Assembly (NCBI RefSeq): GCF_902713615.1
Contig: NC_052155.1
Location: forward strand, 163,531,828-163,595,827
DNA from: Scyliorhinus canicula
Lineage: Eukaryota
Direction of reading: 5' to 3'
DNA: 64,000 nt
Shown piece by piece: positions 36,293 through 49,498 of the stretch. Positions within the stretch are counted from its first letter, which is position 1, and each line of letters opens with the position of its first letter. The position numbers and the translations under genes are program-made. The notes beneath the pieces were generated by a model. That model had not been told where the DNA came from, did not search any database, and saw only the letters and a list, made by a program, of their open reading frames with translations.

Positions 36293-39120
36293 GTAAGGAA
36301 TAAAGTTAAATCGATAGCAAGATGTGTTATAGGATCAGAAGGCATAGAATCTGTGTGGGTAGAGTTGAGGAATCGCAAAGGTGAAAAGACCCTGATGGGA
36401 GTTATGTACAGGCCCCCTAGCAGTAGTCAGGATGTGGGGCAGAAAATAAATCAGAGATGGAAAAGGCATGTCAGAAAGGCAATATTACAATACTCATGGG
36501 GGCCTTCAATATGTGGGTGCACTGGGAAAATCAGGTTGGCAGTGGATCCCAAGAAAATGAATTTGTGGAATGTCTAAGATGTTTTTTTGGTGCAGCTTGT
36601 GACAGGGCCTACTAGGGAACAGGCAATTCTGGATTTGGTGATGTGTAATGAGGCAGAATTGCTAAGAGAACTGAAGGTGAAGGAACCCTTAGGGGGCAGT
36701 GACCACAATATAATCGAATTTACCCTACAGTTTGGGAGAGAGAAGTTGGAATCAGATGTAACGGCATAACAATTGAATAAAGGTAACTCCAAAGACATGA
36801 GGGAGGAGCTGGCCAGAGTTGATTGGAAATGGAGCTTGGCAAAGAAGACAGTGGAACAGTAATGGCAGGAGTTTTTGGGGGTTATTCGGGAGGCATAACA
36901 GAAATTCATCCCAAGGAGGAGGAACTATACTAAAGGGAAGACTAGGCATCCATGGCTGACGAGGGAAGTCAAGGACAGCATAAAAGCAAAATAAAAAGCA
37001 TACAAGGTGGCGACGATTACTGGGAAGCAAGAGGATTGGAAAGATGTTAAAAGTGAGCAGAGGACAACTAAAAAAGCAATAAGGGAGGAGAGAGTCTAAG
37101 GTAGCTGGTAATATAAAAGAAGAGAGGAAGACTTTTTTTCAATATAGAAAAGATAAGAGAGAGGCAAGAATAGACATTGGACCACTGGAAAATGAGGCTG
37201 GATAAGTAGTAATAGGAAACAAAGAAATGGCAGAGGAACTGAATAGTTACTTTGCTTCAGTCGTCACGGTGGTAATGCTAGTGGGATACCAGGGGCTGGA
37301 TTCTCCGTTCCGCTGTGCCAGATTTCTGGTTCAGCACGCCAGCGAGATGCTCCGTTTCGCTGGCTGGTCAATGGAGTTTCCCATTGTGGGGCAGCCCCAC
37401 GCCATCTGGAAAATCCCGGGCTACCAGCAAAACAGAGCATCCTGACGGCGGAGAATCCAGCCCCAGAGCTCCAGGAGAATCAGGGGGCAGAGGTGAGTGT
37501 AGTGGCCAGCACAAAGGAGAAGGTTCTGGGGAAACTGAAGGGATTGTCGGTGGATAAATCACCCGGACTGGATGGACTACACCCCTGGATTCTAAAGGAG
37601 GTAGCTGAGGAGATTTTGGAGGCATTGGTGATGATCTTTCAGGAATCACTGGAGGAAGGGTCGCTCCCAGAAGACTGGAAAATTTCTAATGTAACACCGC
37701 TGTTTAAGAAGGGAGGGAGGCTGAAGATGGGAAATTATAGGCCGGCTAGCCTGTCTTCGGTTATTGGTAAGATTCTAGAGTCCATTATTAAAGATGAGAT
37801 TGCGGAGTACTTGGAAGTGCATGATAAAATAGGACTGAGTCAGCACAGCTCAGGGCGAGGTCATTTCTGACAAATCCGTTAGTGTTCTTTGAGAAGGTAA
37901 CAAGGAAGTTGGACAAAGGAGAACCAGTGGACGTGATTTATTTAGATTTCCAGAAGGCCTTTGACAAGGTGCTACACAGGAGACTGTTAAATAAGTTAAG
38001 AGCACATGGTGTTAAGAGTAAGATCCTGGCATGGATAGAGGATTGGTTGACTGGCAGAAGGCAGAGAGTGGGGATAAAGGGATCTTTTGCAGAATGACAG
38101 CCGGTGACTAATGGTGTGCCCTACGGGTTTGTGCTGGGAGCACCACTTTTCACAATATATATTAACGATCTGGAAGATGGAACTGAGGGCACTGTTGTTA
38201 AATTTGCAGATGAGAGAAAGATATGCAGAGGGACAGGTAGTATTGAGGAAGCAGGGGGGCTGCAGAAGGATGTGGACAGGCTAGTAGAGTGGGCAAAGAA
38301 GTGGCAGGTGGAATACAATGTGGTATACCAAAATGTGAGATTATGCACTTTAGAGGGACGAATAGAGGCATAGCCTATTTTCTGAATGGGGAAATGCTTA
38401 GGAAATCAGAAGCATAAAGGGACTTTGGAGCCCTGGTTCAAGATTTTCTTAAGGTTAATGTGCAGGTTCGGTCGGCAGTTAGGAAGGCAAATGCAATGTT
38501 TGCATTCATGTTGAGAGGGCTAGAATACAAGAGCAGGAATATACTTCTGGGGCTGTATAAGACTCTGGTCAGACCCATTTGGTGTATTGTGAGCAGTTTT
38601 GGGTCCTGCATCAAAGGAAGGATGTGCTGGCCTTGGAAAGGGTCCAGAGGAGGTTTAGAAGAATGATCGCTGGAATGAAGAGCTTGTCATATAAGGAACG
38701 GTTGAGGACTCTGGGTCTGTACTCGTAGTTTAGAAGGAAGAGGGAGGAATCTTATTGATACTTACAGGATACTTTAACTTCTGTATAGAGTGAATTGGAG
38801 AAGATGTTTCCACTAGTAGGAAAAACTAGAACCAGAGGGCATGATCGCAGACTAAAGGGACTATCCTTTAAAACAGAGATGAGGAGTAATTTCTTCAGCC
38901 AGTGGGTGGTGAATCTATGGAATTCTGTGCCTTAGAATGCTGTGGAGGCCAAATCACAGTGTCTTTAAGACAGAGATAGATAGTTCTCGATTAATAAGGA
39001 GATCTGGGGTTATGGGGAGAAGGCAGGAGAATGGGGATGAGAAAAATATCAGCCATGATTGAATGGCGGAGCAGACTCGATGTGCCAAATTGCCTTATCA
39101 TGCTCTTATGTCTTATGGTC
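36293..39120 (+). mobile_element. CR1-clade LINE ORF2 (endonuclease-RT) and 3' UTR, 5'-truncated by the LTR element
   Basis: ESVWVELRN..GVMYRPP, LGGSDHN (APE endonuclease); KSPGLDGLHP, NYRPASL, YLDFQKAFDKV, KFADE (RT). CR1-type 3' end; many stops. Confidence 0.92.
37293..37463. mobile_element. Short Harbinger-type MITE inside CR1 ORF2
   Basis: Perfect 14-bp TIR GGGCTGGATTCTCC / GGAGAATCCAGCCC with 3-bp TSD CAG. Confidence 0.92.
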
Positions 39121-39323
39121 CTATCTCTCTGTGCCTCGCTCCATCTCTCTATAGCTATCTCCCTCTATCTCTCTATCTATCTATCTATCTATCTATCTAT
39201 ATTTCTATCTACCTCTCTCTCTATATCTCTATCTCTCTATATATTTCTCTATCTATCTATTTCTTTATCTATATTTCTATCTACCTCTCTCTCTATCTCT
39301 CTATCTATTCTCTATCTTTCTAT
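39121..39323. repeat. (TATC)n/(TC)n microsatellite
   Basis: Direct observation; a similar tract lies at 32979-33017. Confidence 0.95.
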
Positions 39324-40001
39324 TGTCATGTGAGAGTACCTTTAAGAAATGGGTGTTTATAAATGGGTGTGTATATAAATATCTGTAGGGAGAGTACCTT
39401 TAGGAAATGGGTGTTTATAAATGGGTGTGTATATAAATATCTGTAGGGAGAGTACCTTTAGGAAATGGGTGTTTATTACTGCAGTGATGTCAGAGAGTGG
39501 TTCGAGCTGGGCTGACTGTCAGCTTTTTACTTTCACTTTAGGCTTTTTGCTGCAGGGTGGGTTTGGTTTCATTTTAGCTTTGGAGAAGCTGCAATCACAG
39601 CAGGATGTGTGTGAATCTCTGCAAGCTTATGCATGTCCATTTGCTGATTTCAACGTGGTAACTGTTCTCAGTAGTGAAGTTAAACCTGAGGTGCTTCTGT
39701 TAAAGGTTTTGTTTTAAGTCTTATGGATGTTAAAAGGAAAGCTCAAGGATTATTTAGTGTTGTATTCTTTGGGGGTTGTATTTGAATTGATGGTTGCTAA
39801 GATGTTCACTGTATGTTTTAAAAAGGTTAACTTGAGTTCATATAATAAACATTGTTTTGCTTTAAAAAATACTTTTCAATTTCTGCTGTACCACACCTGT
39901 AGAGTGGGTCGTGTGCTCCCCATACCACAATCTATTAAAAGCTGTGGGTCAGGTGAACTCCATGATACACTTTGGGGTCCTATAAACACTGGCCCATAAC
40001 A
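39324..40001 (+). mobile_element. Solo LTR of the same family as the 54084 element
   Basis: TGTCATGTGAGAGTACC...GGCCCATAACA with 4-bp TSD CTAT, inside a (TATC)n microsatellite. Internal tandem duplication of about 59 bp near its 5' end. Confidence 0.9.
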
Positions 40002-41098
40002 CTATCTATCCCCTGCTCCCTCCCAGCTCACGCAATACTCACAGACATTATTCCCTCACATCCCCCTCCATTGTGGACAAAACTCACCCTGACGATCAAG
40101 ACGTATGAATCCCCACCAGTATGGGTGATCAATCCGCAGTTACCCTTGCAATCATTCCCTTGTCCCCTAAACGCACACTTCTTACAGTTGAAAGAAATCA
40201 CACCCATGGCAATGATTGACACAACCATTCCATCCACCCCAGCTCCCACACCACCACATTGATTGATTGATTGTAACGTCTTAAACCTTGCATCAATTCC
40301 ACATCCTGGATTTGTGAATAGACCATTAACGTACAAATGGCAAATATTCAGGATTTATCAGAATTAACAGATTGGTGAATGAGTTTCACCCTCTGATGAA
40401 GCTTTGGAATTTGCATTTCCAAGGGATGTGGGTGTCGGCCCTGACGTATTAGAACCACTAGGCTGTAAGTTTGATGGTCAAGGCAGCCACTTAAATCTGG
40501 GCAAACGCATAACTTTGCGTGGCCAGATTGCATCAGTTATCTCGAGGTTAACATATTCATGAAGTCAGTTCATTGTGTCTGTGTCTCTGAATAATTTTCA
40601 TTTCAGCTCCCAGTTTGTTTTATTTTTAAAGCTCAGTCAAAGGTCTTATCGCTTCCGGAGATATGTATGTGACCCATGGCTGATGATTGTCCATTTGCAC
40701 TGCCATTTGTACTGCCTTTGCAGTATAGTCACTTGGCCTTTTAATGTCTGCTCCCTTTAAGTTAAATACATTCTTGCTGAAGGACAGACTATCTTATTTA
40801 AATACTGAGAAATGTAGAACTGGTATCTTTAATATGTGATTGAATAGGAATAATATGCTTTGCAAGTCGCATTCTGGTACATGAAATGAATGTATGAATG
40901 TTGGAAGAAGCCTTTCGTCCGCTCTTTCAGTCATTCCACTTCTCTTCAGTTTGGTGAAGAAGGTTGCGCGTGTCTCCTGTATTTCTTTGGTATTTGCTCA
41001 AAGCTATTTGATCACAGGCCAACACACATCCCTTGGTTAACTTTGAAGAATTTTAGCTGTGAGGTTTATGTGAATGATTTCTTTTTCTCTCCCATTAG

Positions 41099-41327
41099 AT
41101 TTACTTGAGATTTCTTGACTACGAGATGCAGAATTCAAATGAGTGTAAGCGCAATTTTGTGGCAATCTATGATGGAAGCAATGCGGTGGAGGACCTTAAA
41201 GCCAAATTCTGCAGCACGGTGGCCAACGACTTGATGCTTCGCACAGGGTTAGGCGTCATTCGCATGTGGGCTGATGAAGGGAGTCGGAGCAGTCACTTCC
41301 AGATGCTTTTCACCTCCTTTCAAGAAC
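41099..41327 (+). CDS. NETO1: Internal coding exon of neuropilin and tolloid-like protein 1 (C-terminal part of the second CUB domain)
   Basis: Polypyrimidine tract + AG acceptor (ttctctcccattag, ends 41098) and GT donor (gtaagc, 41328). Translates [76 protein letters not shown]. As I recall the human proteins, DYEMQN, RTGLG and [10 protein letters not shown] match NETO1 rather than NETO2 (DYQMEH, KTGIG, FRMLFTSFVE). No other NETO1 exon recognised in the window. Confidence 0.95.
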
Positions 41328-42876
41328 GTAAGCCTGAAATGCAATATTTGGATTGTTTTCTTTTGTTGGTGTAGGCATTATCGGGACATGTTGTGCAAGG
41401 TTAACACGGGTTGCTGACTGGGACAAAGGAATCAGAAGAATCCATTAATGTGTATTGCCATGTGTGTCTGATATCCTTATTTTACACAGAGGAGTTGAAG
41501 TAATATTGTACTATATTGTACTACATGGTATCGATGAAGTTAGGATATTATTACCTGTTTTAATATTTAAATATGCTCCTTTCCTATTAAAAGTAGCTCT
41601 CATTAGTCGTATTCAACCACTGATGATGGATACAATCCACCTTAATGGAATTTAATTGTAAATTAAAAACAGTTGGAGGTGCATTTGCAAGTGTCCATGC
41701 CTCAACTGCCCTGGTCCTTCTAGCTGGTAGACAACATGGGTTCGGAAGGTGCTATCTAAGTACCCTTGGCGAGTTACTTCAGTGCATCTTGTGGTTGGTT
41801 CACGCTGCTGCTACTCTGCATTGTTGTTGGGGCGAGTGAATGTTTACACTGCTGCTTTGGGTGCCGATCAAGTGGGCTGCATTTTCCTGGATGGTGTCAA
41901 CTATCTTGTTGGAGCTTCTGCCATTCGAGCAAGTAGAGTGTATTCCATTACATTCCTGATATGTTCCTTATATCCAGGCTTTGGGGAGTCATGAGGTGAG
42001 TTACTCACCGCAGAATTCCCAATCTTTAATCTGCTCCTTGAACCATAGTATGTGTGGTCCAGTGAAGTTTCTGATCAATGGTAACTCCCAAGATGTCGAT
42101 AGTGACACATTCAGTGATGGCAAGACCATTGGATGAGATGGAGAGATGGTTAGATTCTCTCTTGTTGGAGATGTTTACTCCCTGGCACTTGTGTGGTACG
42201 AATGCTACTTGCTAAAGTGAAGATGATGCTGTGTGAGGTAGTTAAGGAAACAGTTTTAGCAGTGTACTTCCACCTACATACTGGGCCCTGACATGGTTAA
42301 TCAAAGAGATGACCTCATTGTTCACAACCATTTATCACTAGTTTTTTCATATCCATTGCTTTGTGTATAATGTGTCTAATATTGTGATGAATATGCAGAA
42401 AGATCTGGTGGTACCAATACCTAAGGTATGACTGATGTTGCTCCAAGCATATTCTCCACATGCATACTGAATTGGAGGCGATTAAACTTGATGGTAATGG
42501 AACAATGATGAACGTGTTGAATCACAGATTTGCAGATGGCGGTGGCATAAGGTTTTACTGCTGTTGGTTCATAATATAGTGATGAAGGTCCAATTTTAGG
42601 CTGTTCAGTCTGTGCATAGTTTTTTTTCATTCTGCACGACACAATGTTAAAGTGAAGAGAGCAAGATTTTGTCTTTTTCTTCTTTATTCTTCCATGAAAT
42701 GTGGAGATAATTGACAAGGGCAACATTGGTTGCTCATCCCTAATGGCCCTTGAACCAAATGGCATGGTAGGTCAAAGGGCAGTTAGAGTCAACCACATTG
42801 CTCTGAGTAACACGTAGCCCAAGCCAGTTAAGGTTGGCAGATTCCCTTTCCTAAAGGAGGCAACGGACCAGATATA

Positions 42877-43086
42877 GGGCGGAATTCTCTGGCCTCACAA
42901 ACCACTTGTTTATTGGTTGTGGGTGGCAGCGCGCCGTTCTCTGGCAGCAGGATTCTCTGTTCCAGTCGCTGTCGATGTGAGTCCCCATTGAAGCCACCCC
43001 ATGCTGCCGTGAACCCACAGGAGGGTTTGTGCTGCTGGCGAGAACCAGGAATCCTGCCGCCAGGGAATGGTCTGAGAATTCTGGCC
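42877..43086. mobile_element. Short Harbinger-type MITE
   Basis: GGGCGGAATTCTC ... GAGAATTCTGGCC; similar to 37293-37463. Confidence 0.75.
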
Positions 43087-43355
43087 ACATTTTTACAACA
43101 ACCAATGATAATTGTCTTGGTTACCATTATCATGTAATGGAATTGATATGTAATAGAAATAAATGGTTTTTCTCTGACATATTATAGAAGGAGGCAATAT
43201 TTATATTTGGTGAATTTCCTACTGTGAGTTGGCCACTGAGAAAGTGAATAAAAAGTCTAGAATCATTCTGGGCTACACCAGTCTCGTAAAAAACTTCCTT
43301 GATGTATTCCATAAACTTTGGGAGATATTTCTTCTCAATAGAGAATATGGAAAAT

Positions 43356-43695
43356 GGGAGCAGCATGGTGGCACAGTGGTTGGCATTGCTGCCTCACAGT
43401 GCCAGGAATCCGGGTTCAATTCCAGCCCTGGGTGACTGTGTGAAGTTCTCCTCGTGACTGCATGGGTTTCCTTCCAGGTGCTCCAGTTTCCTCCCATAGG
43501 CCAAAGATGTGCAGGTTAGATGCATTGGCCATGCTAAATTGCCCCTTAGTGTCCAGGGATGTGCAAGTTTAGTGGGGTTATAGGGTTTAAGGGTTGGGTG
43601 GGAGCCCTGGTTAGGGTGCTCTTTCAGAGGGTCCGTGCAGACTCGATGGGCCGAATGGCCTCCTTCTGCACTTTAGTGGTTCTATGATTCTATGA
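43356..43695 (+). mobile_element. HE1-type SINE, full length
   Basis: Head, core and tail ending TTCTATGATTCTATG. Confidence 0.9.
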
Positions 43696-45379
43696 AGAGA
43701 ATGTAATCAGGGAGAATTTTAGACGATTAAGGATTTTAACATATCCGACTGATTAATTCCTTGTAAGACGCAGGCTGCAAAGCAGTGGAATATCCTATTA
43801 CTTAGTGACACTGTGAAAGACATCCTCAATCATTTTCCCTTCACAATCACTCATTGGAGCCAGAGACAATGATCACATTGACTGTGCCGCTAGTCAAGAA
43901 ACAGATCTCTAACGCTGGTCAGGCAGTGACATTCTCCTTGCAATTTTTCAATTTGATCATTTGCAATGAATAACAATGATGCTGTCAAAGTGTTCTCGCA
44001 GTGAATAATGCAACAATGTGAGAGATTTAACTACTGGAAGAGACATGGGAAAGAAACAGCAAATAACTGAAGAACATTCGAACAATAATTTATTTTTCAA
44101 CATGTTACTGCGCTGCTGGATGAACGCGGTAAAGACATTTCCTCAGGACAGCACAGGGGACAGTTGAGAGTGTACAGGGGCTATCAACCCATAAAGCAGA
44201 AAATAAATTAAAGAAGTTGATTTGATTTTGCTCACTGGTAGTTATGTCTGCTGTCACCGAAATCACCAGCATGAAGAGTAAATCGAAATGGTTCTGTGAT
44301 TAAGATAGCAAACGTTTTTGCATTGGAAAGAATTCAATGACTGTCCCCAATTAAAGAAAGTGAATTATCACATGACATCTCAACATATTACAGAAACCAT
44401 GAAATTAAAATCAGAAGATGCCGGGAATGCTCAGCAGGTCTGTGGAGAAAGAAACAGAGTTCATCGGTGGGATTTTCCATGCCCACCGAACCCTGCACAT
44501 AGATCATGGCCAATCCATCTCACCTGCACATCTTTGGGTTATCTCAGGCCTATGACCTTCCATCAGAACAAATATATGGTCATCTACTTAAAATAGCGCA
44601 GTTCTCTGTTATGCAACATCACGGGCTGAGTTTCCGTAGCTCAGTTCAGATTGGAGTGGAGACAAGCGGGGGTGTTTTGCTGGCCACGTTTCCATCTTCA
44701 GGGACATTTGTGAGAGTGCAGGCCTCCAACTTCGCCCGCTCTTATAACAGGCCAAATGAAGCATTTGAGGGCTCATCAAAAACGATTCGAATGGTCCTGA
44801 GGAAAGCCGGTTTTTCACAGCTATCTGCATCAAGGGAGCTGAAGTCAGACATGGATCATGTCGGGGACGAATCCTCGACGTCAGAAACGTTTCAAAAGGC
44901 AAGTGTCAATGGTTGAAGGGCTTATACCCTTTTGAAGACAAATTTGCCGCAGTTCATCATAGGTCGTGTGAGGAGGCAGGCTTAATAACTTTGTCAATAC
45001 AGGGACTCATGACCTTACTGGCATTATGTTGGCATCAGAGTAGTGGGCAAGGCTGTTTGGACTTCAATTGAGGGCCAGGAAGGGTTCAGCTCAAAATGGG
45101 TGCTGCACCCACAAGAAGCAAGGACATTTGAAATGAAGAGCAGCAATCTGCAGAGGAGGAGCAGAGCACCAGGTATCAGGAGGTCAGAGGACAGGGACAA
45201 GGACACAAAGGGGAAGGAGACGCTGCACTGAGCTAGGAATTCAGGATGGGTTGCGTCAGGACCCGGACATTCAAGAAAGCTGCTCGAGGGATGATTGGGA
45301 AATACTACAGCCACCTTGGCAATGATTCCCACATTAACAAGAGGGGCTGCATTGAGATTGCCATCATCCCCAGCAAGAT

Positions 45380-45500
45380 GCCTCGCAAAAGGAAGAGCCG
45401 AAGACACCTGGAGATGTCTGAAAATCAGTGCCAAAGGAGACTGTGATTCTCAAGCCAGATGGTTACAGGAATCTGCGACCTGCTCAGTGCGGACCTCTGC
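45380..45500 (+). pseudogene. Old Harbinger transposase N-terminal remnant
   Basis: [23 protein letters not shown] resembles the N-terminal motif of HARBI1-like transposases. Confidence 0.4.
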
Positions 45501-45589
45501 AGAACCTTACAGGTGTGCGCACAGGGCGCATCATCCAGGTGACTGATGTCCTTTTTTGCCAACCCAGGAAAACGCTTCATATTCACATT

Positions 45590-45815
45590 TAAAAAAAATA
45601 AATTTAGATTACCCAATTATTTTTTTTCCAATTAAGGGGCAATTTAGTGTGGCCAATCCACCTACCCTGCACATCTTTGGGTTGTGGGGGTGAAATCCAT
45701 GCAGCCATGGGGAGAATGTGCAAACTCCACACGGACAGTGACCCAGGGTCGGGATCGAACCTGGGTCCTCAGTGCCGTAGGCAGCAGTGCTAACCACTGC
45801 GCCACTGTGCCGCCC
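45590..45815 (-). mobile_element. HE1-type SINE (short tail)
   Basis: Head and core; flanked by TTCAYATTCACAT direct repeats. Confidence 0.88.
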
Positions 45816-48800
45816 TTTCACATTCACATATGGTGAGACATCATAGCCTCAGAGGGTTCTGTACCTGGATCAGTCATTTGGTAGCCAGCAATGACCTCCT
45901 GCAGGAGCCTTAATCATTGTGATGGCTCACTGGGGGAGGAGCAGGAGGTAAGACAGGACGAGGAATTGGAGGCGGAAGTAGATGATGTTGAACAGAGACG
46001 TGGCACCACTACATTGTGGGGTGTCTTTCTCTTGCCACCTTATGGGATGAGGACTTTCCCCCTCTCGCTGATGGCTGCCAGGCTTCTCGCGCTGCTGTGA
46101 CTTTGCGCTTTCTTCTTGAGCAGTGTAAGTCGAGGCATAAATTCCCTCCCTCAACAGCCTCAGTGTTGGGCTGCCTTGGTTTTCTGAAACCAAACCACAC
46201 CTGCCCCTATCAGCTTTAATTGGGCAGGAAAAATGTCCCCTTGGACTCACCTCCGGGAGAATCTGAATTCGAATCAGTTTTCCACCAGCGATGAGTTTCT
46301 GACACAAAAACAGCCTTGGTTTCTGTTACCCCCACCCCTTGTAGCAAAGATCCAACCCCAGGATAAATGGAGAGAGACAGCTGGGACTGAAGTTGGGGCC
46401 AGATGAATGAAGTGTATGAGAAGTTGATAAAAATGTTTTGTGGATGGCTGTACAGAACATTGGAAGCGTGTGCTAAAGGATGAAGGAGAGCAGGGAGGCT
46501 GTATAAGTTCAAGACGAGGATGGAAGAGAGCAGCAAAAGACAGTGGTAGAATTGGGCAGAGGGTGAAGAGAGTACTCAACTAAGAGAAAAGTAGTTAAAG
46601 TCCACAAGCGGTTGGGAGAGAGGAGACAGTACAAAAGTTGAGAGTCACATCCTGTAAGGAACAGGAAAAGACAACTGAAGTCAGAAGGAAAAGCAGCATA
46701 TGGTAGTATTGAAATCAGTAAAGAGAATTAATGTATTTGTTTCCTGTGATGATTGTCCCTTTAAGGGCCACACAGCAGAGTAAGGGTCACATGGCCTATG
46801 CAACCAATCGACCAATGGAGTGTGGAATCATCCCATGGTGAGAAGGCCCTGAGGCAGATACATTTTGGGAACTAGCTGCTAACATGAGGTTCTGTTCAAA
46901 TCACACCAATAAATAAGTTTTGTGTTTATTAATGAAGTGCATGATTCTCCAGCCTTGTTTTCATCTCGCTCAAGCGTAACAAAGCCAGTGAATAGCGGGA
47001 GAAGCCAAAAATGAGATCCGCGACAGGCGATGTAGCTGGCCTGCTCCCAAAGGCGAAATCGGGCTCTCGCTGTAGCATGGTGAGAAACCAGTTATCACCA
47101 CTTAAGCCCCATTTCCATACAACTAACGAGAGTGACCCCATATCCAAAGGTCTCACTTCATTCAGCAGCCTCCCCAACAAGTGGTCATGCTGGCGTCGAT
47201 TAGTACTCCTTTTGAAAAACGTGATCCGATTGGAAGGGCTTCAGTGGACCGAGGAGGTGAGTAGGCATCTTTGCTCACAAGCAAAGAACCTGGGGGTGCT
47301 GGGCTTTCCAACCCAGTGCTTAGTGGAGGGTGGGAGAACCGTCCGCAAGGGTGGGCCACCATAGAGGGGGTGTGGGGGATGCCTGGAGAGATGGGCAAAG
47401 GGTCCGGGGGTTGGCCCGCATTCTGGAAGGAAGTGACACAGGCATTATAATGGTTTTGCAAAAAGGTGTTTAATGTGTTGTACAAGCCCCACTTGTGATG
47501 TTGTCACGCTGTCCCATGTGCTGACTGCAAGATGCAACCTCATCAGAGGAGTGGAACACGTGGGAGCTGGTGGCCAACATCCCCGGTCCCTGGGACGTGT
47601 CCGGCCTGGCACCCAGCACCTCCTCCTCCCGATCGGTGCCCTTAGGGCCCTGGGGTCCACCTTGGGATGGAGGGACAGCTGGTTTGAGCACTTGCTGCCC
47701 CTGCATCACCTGGCTCTGCCAGTCCTGCACCATGTGTCGACACACTCGGCAATGCTCCTCAGGAACTGGGTCATGCTCTGCGGTGCCTCAGCCATGCCCA
47801 CCTGCGACTGGGACGAGCTCCGCAGCACCTCGGGCTATGCCCATCTGAGAGCAGGACATGTCCTGCAGAACCTCAATGTCGGCCTGGTACTGGGTCACAT
47901 CCCCCAGCGAGTCGGATATCCAGCCGAGATCCTCAGCCACGGCCATCACCGACTGCGCGATGCCTTTGACACCTTCACTCATGCTGTCAATTTTGTGCAC
48001 CAGGCTTTGCACTGAGGTCGCCACCATAGCAGTGTTGGCCTTTGTGCCACTCATTTCCAGAACCATCTCCTGTTCCCCTAGCCTCTGGGACTCCTCCAAG
48101 CGGCTATGGATCTGCTGTAGTGATGCTCACATCTCCCTTTAAAGGACAATGTTGGTCACTATCATCACCATCAACTCTGGGTACCGCCGTACCACAGGCT
48201 CAGCATCATCCTGGAACCCAGCTGGGTCCAGGGATCCAGCAGACCTCCGACTGCTGTCTCGCCTGGGGGTTCCTGCCTCCACTTGATGTACATCAGCAGC
48301 AGTGTGATGCTCACCAGATTGTGTCCCAGAAGGCTGACCACTAACATTTGCGCCCCGAGGTGTGTGTATCTGCGCTGGTGGAGGATGGGGATGACAGCTC
48401 CTCGGAGGTGGTCTCCTCGGAGTCAGGAGAGGGGGGGCCACCCGGGATGGACCAGCGCCATCGGCTGGAGGATCTGCAGGAGAATGGACATCTGGTCAGT
48501 GGGACGGATGAGTCGGTCAGTAAGTCAATCACTACTCATGTTTGACAGGTCCTCCAGCTGGAGCCGGTGATTCCTAACCTCTGTGGCATCCGACAACCTC
48601 CCCATGACTGACCGATCTGTCCTCGACCAGCCCGGTCACCTCCAGGGCCTGCTCCTCGAAGGAGGTAAGGATTCCTAAGTCCGGCAACACTCAGCTAGCC
48701 TGTGCCCTATCACTATGTATAAGGGAGAGCTTTTTCTGAGGAGTCACAGAGAGGGCATTGTGAGACGGGTTTGGTACGTTTCGGCGTAGCTGATTCGGCG

Positions 48801-48907
48801 TGGCCGATTCGGCGTCAGGGAAATAATTGGACTATTCGGCGCAGCCGTTTAGGCGCCAGGACATTTTGACGTCATCCCATTGACAATCTGTACTCTGCCA
48901 GACAAAA

Positions 48908-49498
48908 ATGCTGACTGAATTGTTTGTCGCTGTTTCTTTGGATTCTGCTCAATGAGGGTCTTCTAACACCTCTGGAATCATTGTCACCGAGGAGTTCAGC
49001 ACACACAGGCAGTGACAACATAATTGAGCTTTCAGGGGATGGAGTTCTGAAACTCCAACGCGTTCGGCGTGGCTGGATCTGGAACCAGTTCTTCGTCCTG
49101 GAGGAATATAGAACATAGAACATAGAACAGTACAGCACAGAACAGGCCCTTCGGCCCTCGATGTTGTGCCGAGCAATGATCACCCTACTCAAACCCACAT
49201 ATCCACCCTATACCCGTAACCCAACAACCCCCCCTTGACCTTACTTTTTAGGACACTACGGGCAATTTATCATGGCCAATCCACCTAACCCGCACATCTT
49301 TGGACTGTGGGAGGAAACCGGAGCACCCGGAGGAAACCCACACACACACGGGGAGGACGTGCAGACTCCACACAGACAGTGACCCAGCCGGGAATCGAAC
49401 CTGGGACCCTGGAGCTGTGAAGCATTTATGCTAACCACCATGCTACCGTGCTGCCCCTATGGGAATATATAGGGTCAGAACCTCAGTATGTGGGAGAG
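48908..49498 (+). pseudogene. CDH12: Captured first coding exon of a type II cadherin (CDH12-like), frameshifted and split by a SINE
   Basis: MLT-(frameshift)-NCLSLFLWILLNEGLLTPL...[19 protein letters not shown][SINE 49111-49461, 8-bp TSD GGAATATA][10 protein letters not shown], then GTAAAA donor at 49499. Matches my recollection of the CDH12 N-terminus ([23 protein letters not shown]...[28 protein letters not shown]). Followed by AT-rich intron-like DNA to about 49980. Confidence 0.85.
49111..49461 (-). mobile_element. Young HE1-type SINE inside the captured CDH12 exon
   Basis: Full head and core, (TTCTATG)n tail, 8-bp TSD GGAATATA; tail nearly identical to the insert at 9859-9980. Confidence 0.92.

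Noticed and set aside
41105-41374. 89-aa standalone ORF
   Set aside because: It is the NETO1 exon read past its splice donor at 41328.
48908-49498. A real nested CDH12 gene
   Set aside because: Single exon, frameshift after codon 3, SINE insertion, and enclosed by TIRs and a TSD.
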